From Polyangiaceae bacterium (GTDB taxonomy: Bacteria > Myxococcota_A > Polyangia > Polyangiales > Polyangiaceae), in the NCBI GenBank assembly GCA_050287085.1, contig JBNKBE010000005.1, positions 64,001 to 128,000 on the forward strand: a stretch of 64,000 nt of DNA, in the 5' to 3' direction. The notes beneath the pieces are model-generated. The model worked only from the letters and a program-made list of their open reading frames with translations. It had not been told where the DNA came from and ran no database searches. This document shows, one piece after another, positions 59,152 to 64,000 of this stretch; within the stretch, counting starts at the first letter, position 1; the number at the start of each line of letters is the position of its first letter. Both the position numbers and the translations under genes were made by a program.

Positions 59152-59972
59152 CGCTCCGCGGCGCTCCGACCTTGGACGCGATGCAGCGCGTGTTTTGGGA
59201 TGCCATCGTGCATCCGGAGGGGGTTAGTGCATTCCTGCGCGACGCCTCCGACGAAGAGCGGGTGCTGTTTGCGGAGACCTTTGCCGAAACGGCCGAATTT
59301 CAGCGAACGGAACGGGTTGAAGTCTATGCAGAGGCGTACTTCTACCGTTTGCACGACGTCTTGGCGGAAGTGTTTCCCATCTTGCGACACGCGATCGGAC
59401 GAGCGCGTTTTCACAATCTGGTAACGGACTTCCTGCTCAGCCACCCCAGTACAGCCGGAAACCTTCATCGACTGGGGGACGCGCTCCCTGATTTCGTGCG
59501 GGGGCAAAGCTCCCTACCAGGACATCAGCAGTGGGCCGACCTCGCCAAGTTGGAGCTCGCTCTTCACACCTCACTCGATGCAGCGGACGCCGTGCCGCTC
59601 AGAGCTGAAGAGGTGATGCAGTGGGAACCGGAAGTGCTGATGGGTTCCCAGTTCCGCCTGGTGCCGTCGGCGAGCCTGGTGTCCGGTGGACACCCAGCCG
59701 GGCCCTGGCAACAAGCGCTGCGCGAGGGGCACCCTATACCGGAAGCCACCAGCACACCGGCAACCACCGGACATGTTGTGTGGCGGCAAGGCTTCCGGCC
59801 GCTCTTTCGCTGGGTCGCGTCTCCCGCGGAGTGGGCGGCCTTAACGGCCCTGTGTGCGGGCTCGCCATTTGCAGAAATTTGCGCGGTCGCCCAGAGCCAC
59901 GGCGCAACACCGATCGTCGCAGCCGGGTATCTGAAGCGCTGGCTGCAGGACGAATTGCTGACCTCAGCCTGA
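59148..59972 (+). CDS. DUF2063 MNIO partner protein (BufC/HvfC-like)
   Basis: ERVEVYAEAYFYRL..VL...FP, G..RF..L...F...HP, DLAKLE, VVWR. ATGA overlap with the MNIO gene. Confidence 0.9.
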   Translation: MTLRGAPTLDAMQRVFWDAIVHPEGVSAFLRDASDEERVLFAETFAETAEFQRTERVEVYAEAYFYRLHDVLAEVFPILRHAIGRARFHNLVTDFLLSHPSTAGNLHRLGDALPDFVRGQSSLPGHQQWADLAKLELALHTSLDAADAVPLRAEEVMQWEPEVLMGSQFRLVPSASLVSGGHPAGPWQQALREGHPIPEATSTPATTGHVVWRQGFRPLFRWVASPAEWAALTALCAGSPFAEICAVAQSHGATPIVAAGYLKRWLQDELLTSA

Positions 59973-60214
59973 GGGCCCGGGAATGGGAACCTAGTGCGTC
60001 GGCCGATGCTCGTGCCGTGGCGTGCGGGTTCGTCGAGCTACTCCAATAGCCCCGCGGGGCTCGCTCCTCGCGCGCCCACCTCGCGGTCGCGACCGGCTCG
60101 CGACTGCCCCCTCTCCGTGGGCTCTACGCTCGAGTCGCGGAAGCGGAAACACTTGGAGCCCGCGAGACACGCACCGGTCCGAGCAGCTCTTAGCGACGCG
60201 CAGCTTAACGATGG

Positions 60215-60254
60215 AAGACAAAGGGCGGCTTGAGCATGATCGCCAAGCCGCCCT
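60215..60254 (-). terminator. Intrinsic terminator candidate for the cytochrome-precursor transcript
   Basis: 11-bp stem AGGGCGGCTTG (60222-60232) / CAAGCCGCCCT (60244-60254), ending in TTTGTCTT on the minus strand, about 50 nt after the precursor stop. Confidence 0.65.
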
Positions 60255-60306
60255 CCGCATCCGCCGCCAATACTTCCGAGCCATCGCCGGCGGCAACGCC
60301 AGCTAC

Positions 60307-60582
60307 TTACATTACCGTGCCACCGGCGGTGGTGCAGTCTGCGCTGGACATCTTGACCCAGCCCTTGCCCTTGCACTCGTTCTGGCCAGCACACCCGTGC
60401 CCGCCCTCAACACCACACTGCGAATGCCCTTTGCATTCGTTGGCACCAAGGCACTTCACGGTTTCATCAGCGGCCACGGCGTCATCAGCGGATGCGGGCT
60501 CGGGCGTGCTGCTGGCACACGCGCTGGCGAAAAGCGCGGCGGCCGCGCTGGCAAAAGCTGCTTTGGTCATCTTGTTATGCAT
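60307..60582 (-). CDS. Bufferin BufA2-like Cys-rich RiPP precursor with a lipoprotein signal
   Basis: MHNKMTKAAFASAAAALFASAC-linker-VKCLGANECKGHSQCGVEGGHGCAGQNECKGKGWVKMSSADCTTAGGTVM: six core Cys, GAAGGA RBS, next to DUF692/DUF2063. Confidence 0.88.
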   Translation of the reverse strand: MHNKMTKAAFASAAAALFASACASSTPEPASADDAVAADETVKCLGANECKGHSQCGVEGGHGCAGQNECKGKGWVKMSSADCTTAGGTVM

Positions 60583-60595
60583 TGTTGTGATTCCT

Positions 60596-61057
60596 TCATT
60601 CCGATGTCTCTGCCTCGTGGCAGTTGAAACAGCCGAACTCTTTGACGGGCTCCATCTGCATCAGTTCGGCCATCCTGGGAACGACCTTGTCCATCATGAA
60701 CGCGGTCACTTCCTCGTCGTACTCCTTCGAAGCCGGAATCGGATCCGGCTTCTCTAGAGCGAACAAACCGTTCGGTAGCTTGTAGTCAACCTCCTGCATG
60801 TTCTCCCCATGGCAGGTCTGGCACTTGAAGTCCTTATAGCCCTCAGGATCAGCCTCCTGGAAGAGCTTTTTCATCTCGGGCAGCACAGTCAGCCCCATGA
60901 ACTCCATCCGCTGGTCGCGATCCATATCCTTCCACGCGAGCGCTTCGGTCCCCGCCGCCTGGGCTTCTGAGTCAGGTGTTTCCGTCGGCGTTTGACTACC
61001 CGCGCAAGCGGCGACAATGGCGCCAACACAGGGAATGATGAGGGTACTTATCTTCAT
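60596..61057 (-). CDS. Di-heme c-type cytochrome lipoprotein
   Basis: GGGAGAG RBS, lipobox IVAAC, CQTCH and CFNCH motifs, Met-rich helices. Confidence 0.85.
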   Translation of the reverse strand: MKISTLIIPCVGAIVAACAGSQTPTETPDSEAQAAGTEALAWKDMDRDQRMEFMGLTVLPEMKKLFQEADPEGYKDFKCQTCHGENMQEVDYKLPNGLFALEKPDPIPASKEYDEEVTAFMMDKVVPRMAELMQMEPVKEFGCFNCHEAETSE

Positions 61058-61074
61058 GGGCTCTCCCGTTGTGA

Positions 61075-61100
61075 TTCACCGACTAGGGACGACACGTTCC
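61075..61100 (-). promoter_or_regulatory. Putative ECF sigma promoter GGAACG-N16-TGAA
   Basis: The minus strand reads GGAACG tgtcgtccctagtcgg TGAA tcacaacgggagagccc ATG, 17 nt before the cytochrome start. Resemblance to ECF promoters only. Confidence 0.3.
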
Positions 61101-61456
61101 GCGCGAAGCTCCGCGCGACGGCGCCACTTGGACGCGGCCCAGCGGGCCGCCGCCTACCAGACGGCAGGCGCTCCAATTGGACTACTCCGATACTGGGCCC
61201 TCGGCCCGCTGTGTGCTTCACGGCTCAAACTACGCCGTCCCCTTGGGTTTGGTTTCAGTTTTCCTTCCGTCATTATCTCGGATGGGAGCCAGCTACACAA
61301 AAACCGGAATAGACTCGGGCCAGGGTCCGGACTTGCGCCCGCAAAGTCCCGTCGCTCGCTGATGCGCGCTGCGTACAAGTATGCTCAAAGTACCCCGTCA
61401 TGGCTGCCACCTCGATCGCGCGAAGTCCGGTTCCGACGTGCTTCAACGGCACTCCA

Positions 61457-61732
61457 ATGCGGGGCAACACGTGGCATAAGGCGCTCCTCACGGTTGCCGC
61501 ATTGACGTTGGGCTGTCACCGCGAAGCCCCTACGCCAGAGCAGTGCTTGGGACTCGCACAGGGAGTACTCAGCTCGGCCCCGGGCCGAGCTCTAGACACG
61601 GCCAGTCTGCGCTCGCTGACGCTGCGCTGCATCGATGAACCGTTTGACAAGCGCGTGGTTGAATGTGTGTCGGACGGCTACTCCGCGACCACCTGCATGA
61701 CGCTAGTGCCCCCTCAAGCAAGTGAGCGCTGA
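61457..61732 (+). CDS. Small Cys-containing lipoprotein
   Basis: MRGNTWHKALLTVAALTLGC lipobox and four further Cys. Confidence 0.6.
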   Translation: MRGNTWHKALLTVAALTLGCHREAPTPEQCLGLAQGVLSSAPGRALDTASLRSLTLRCIDEPFDKRVVECVSDGYSATTCMTLVPPQASER

Positions 61733-61961
61733 CGTGGAATCCCCGTGTGGGGGCCGGCCCAAAACGCACATTCACCAGCAGAAATTAACACGGATCGACT
61801 GCACCATGGTCGTCGATGACCGGAACGCGTTGACCACCTGTCACACTCAGGCTGTGAGAGCCGAACGGTGTCCCGCACCACTCTGGCGCACTCGTAACCT
61901 GCAGCCTCGGTCGGCAAACAAAAGCGGCACCCCCCCGTTGGACGCGCTACGCTAATAGCGC

Positions 61962-62774
61962 TTGGCACGAGACAATGATAATTCCTTGCGTTGGACTTCA
62001 CCTCGAGGCATTTCACCTCTGCGTGCAGAGTCCGCAACGTCGGTTCGCAACATCGAGGAAGGCGAAATGCGTGTCGCCTTTCAGCCGATCGTCAGCCTAG
62101 CTTCAGGCAATACGCTCGCGCACGAAGCACTGGCACGCTGTACCCTCGAACCGTTTCGCTCACCGGCTGTTCTGTTCGAACGTGCTGCACAGGAACAAGC
62201 CTGTGGGCGCTTAGGTCGCGTCGTACGCAACGTTCTTTTTGAGACCGCGCCCAACCTGCCGGTCTTCATCAACCTGCACCCGCAGGAACTGGAGCAGCGC
62301 TGGCTAGTACAGCCTACAGACCCGCTCTACATGCATGACGAAGCCGTGTATCTAGAGATAACGGAGAGTGCGGCATTTCAACACTTCAATTTGTGCCAAA
62401 TGGTACTCACCGAAGTGCGTTCCCGCAGCAATGCCCGTCTTGTGGTCGACGACTTTGGCGCAGGCCACTCCGATATGGATCGAGTACTCATGTTGAGGCC
62501 CGACTTCGTAAAGCTCGACATGTCACTGATCCGCAACATCGACAGTGATCCGGAGCGCCAACGGGCTGTAGACGTGATTGTCCGACACTGCACTGACCTT
62601 GGCTGCCTTGTGGTGGCTGAAGGCATCGAGACAGTCGGCGAGCTGCTCACGGTTCGGGACATGGCGATCGGCTACGGGCAGGGATACTTGCTAGGACGCC
62701 CCGCTTTCACACCGGTTGCCGGAGAGTGGCCCGCGGACGCCCCGAAACTGGGACTTGCCTCCGGTCAATCCTAG
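61962..62774 (+). CDS. Stand-alone EAL-domain c-di-GMP phosphodiesterase
   Basis: FQPIV, EALAR, FIN, EITE, DDFGAG, KLD, AEGIE, QGY; the catalytic motifs appear intact. Confidence 0.92.
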   Translation: MARDNDNSLRWTSPRGISPLRAESATSVRNIEEGEMRVAFQPIVSLASGNTLAHEALARCTLEPFRSPAVLFERAAQEQACGRLGRVVRNVLFETAPNLPVFINLHPQELEQRWLVQPTDPLYMHDEAVYLEITESAAFQHFNLCQMVLTEVRSRSNARLVVDDFGAGHSDMDRVLMLRPDFVKLDMSLIRNIDSDPERQRAVDVIVRHCTDLGCLVVAEGIETVGELLTVRDMAIGYGQGYLLGRPAFTPVAGEWPADAPKLGLASGQS

Positions 62775-62834
62775 GCAGCAACCCCCAGACCTTCTGGTAC
62801 GGCGATACGGTAGCCTCCGCGACACGCTGGCCGG

Positions 62835-62864
62835 CAGCAAGCGCTCACGATGGAGCGCTTGCTG
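62835..62864. terminator. Perfect 12-bp hairpin between convergent genes
   Basis: CAGCAAGCGCTC-acgatg-GAGCGCTTGCTG. No clear U-tract. Confidence 0.5.
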
Positions 62865-62872
62865 TAGCCTAG

Positions 62873-63691
62873 CTACTGCATTTCGATAACGCCGCAGGAC
62901 GCCTTGGCTCCTGCGTTCTCCGCGCTGCTGAGCGCGTGGATAATATACGAGTAGCGCGTAACGTCGGTATCGCCCCCGTCGCCAACGCTCCATACTTCCG
63001 CATTTTCGGTATGGGAATACGTCCCGACGCCAGCGCTACACTCGATGTCTTCGAGCACCTCGCCGTTCGGAATCCAATGGCCGCCAGCGGCCTCCCCATC
63101 GGCCCCGCACGCGTGATTGGCGTGAAGATGGGAGATGTGCAGACCGTCTGGACAGCCCGTCAGCTCGACAACCAGTGTCGTCTCGTCGCCAACTTGGGTC
63201 CACGTGGCGGTGGCCTCAAAGTTTTCCCAACCAGCCGGCGCGGCCGTCGTCGGGGTGACCACAGCGACTGCTTGGGGCCCGCTGTCGGCACCGCCATTGC
63301 CGGCGCCACCCACCTCGTTGCCCGCGCCTCCCACGTCAGCCCCCCCGCTGGCAGTCCCGCTGGTGCCGCCCATCGCTGCCGCTCCGCCCGTGTCGGGAGC
63401 GCCTGATGCGCCGCCCCCGCCGGCGGTTGCGGGTGGGTCGGCCGCGCCTGCGCTTCCGCCTGCTCCAGCCTCGCCCGTCGGAGCCGCACCGCCGCCGCCC
63501 GTTTCGGCTCCGCCTACGTTCGTATTGCCGGCCTCATTCGTATTGCCGGCAACACTGGTAGAGCCAGCAACCTCACCCGCTCCGCCGGCACCCGCAGAGG
63601 GCGTGCCTACCGGCTTATCGGCCGGCTCATCACTACACGCCTGCGCAAAAACCACACCGAGACATAACCCGGCGACACATACACTTCGCAT
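62873..63691 (-). CDS. Cu/Zn-superoxide-dismutase-fold lipoprotein lacking the Zn loop, on a long Gly/Ala linker
   Basis: GGAGG RBS and lipobox-like FAQAC. SOD motifs GLHISHLH...C...AGGHW.P, IIH and GAKASCGVI. Confidence 0.8.
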   Translation of the reverse strand: MRSVCVAGLCLGVVFAQACSDEPADKPVGTPSAGAGGAGEVAGSTSVAGNTNEAGNTNVGGAETGGGGAAPTGEAGAGGSAGAADPPATAGGGGASGAPDTGGAAAMGGTSGTASGGADVGGAGNEVGGAGNGGADSGPQAVAVVTPTTAAPAGWENFEATATWTQVGDETTLVVELTGCPDGLHISHLHANHACGADGEAAGGHWIPNGEVLEDIECSAGVGTYSHTENAEVWSVGDGGDTDVTRYSYIIHALSSAENAGAKASCGVIEMQ

Positions 63692-64000
63692 TCGACCTCC
63701 CAGCACAACCACACTCACCTTGAAGAAATGACGACCGAGCCGTCGGTAGCGGCCTGGGCGACGATATTGATGGGTCGCTCACGAGCGCATACCCTGCCCA
63801 GACGCTAGACGGAATAGGGCTCATTGCCGGCCAACGCCACCCCGATCATCGAGCGCGCAATTTGGCGCTCACAATGTCTGTGCCCAGGGTCTACCAACAT
63901 GCATCCGCGAATTTTTTGCGCAGGGCGTTCATCGGGACTACCCGGAGCCGGTCGCCAGGCATCCCGATACCATCCATTCTGCGCCCCACCCCTTCTTGTT

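Noticed and set aside
61961..61980. Sigma-54 promoter at TTGGCACGAGACAATG before the EAL gene
   Set aside because: The -24 element fits, but the -12 position reads TG rather than GC, and it overlaps the likely start codon.

Overview
GC-rich, gene-dense chromosomal segment that looks myxobacterial (Polyangiaceae-like: MYXO-CTERM protein, TIGR02266 PilZ, DUF1587/DUF1592-type protein, Hanks kinases, many lipoproteins). Housekeeping genes: proS, recC-recB-recD, folB, tsaE, a HisJ-type phosphatase, a RelA-like synthetase, nadA, proC and a DnaJ. An envelope/glycosylation block at 2.4-19.3 kb carries three GT-C-type membrane proteins, LysM, DUF58, BatA/VWA and two methyltransferases. I found no tRNA, rRNA, CRISPR array or mobile element. 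The best candidate for an undescribed system is at 58.3-63.7 kb. A DUF692 (MNIO) + DUF2063 pair converges on a two-gene unit encoding a di-heme c-type cytochrome lipoprotein and a Cys-rich bufferin (BufA2)-like precursor that has its own lipobox. The usual DoxX gene is absent, and a Zn-less 'Cu-only' SOD-like lipoprotein lies about 2 kb away. Other oddities: a QLNLF clamp-binding-like motif in a RecC insertion, a Walker-A-dead MinD/J/HTH fusion, a pseudokinase, a hydrolase-dead RelA-type enzyme, a porin-like pseudogene, and a 17-bp tandem array built from the folB stop codon. All family calls come from motif recognition by eye; no searches were run.
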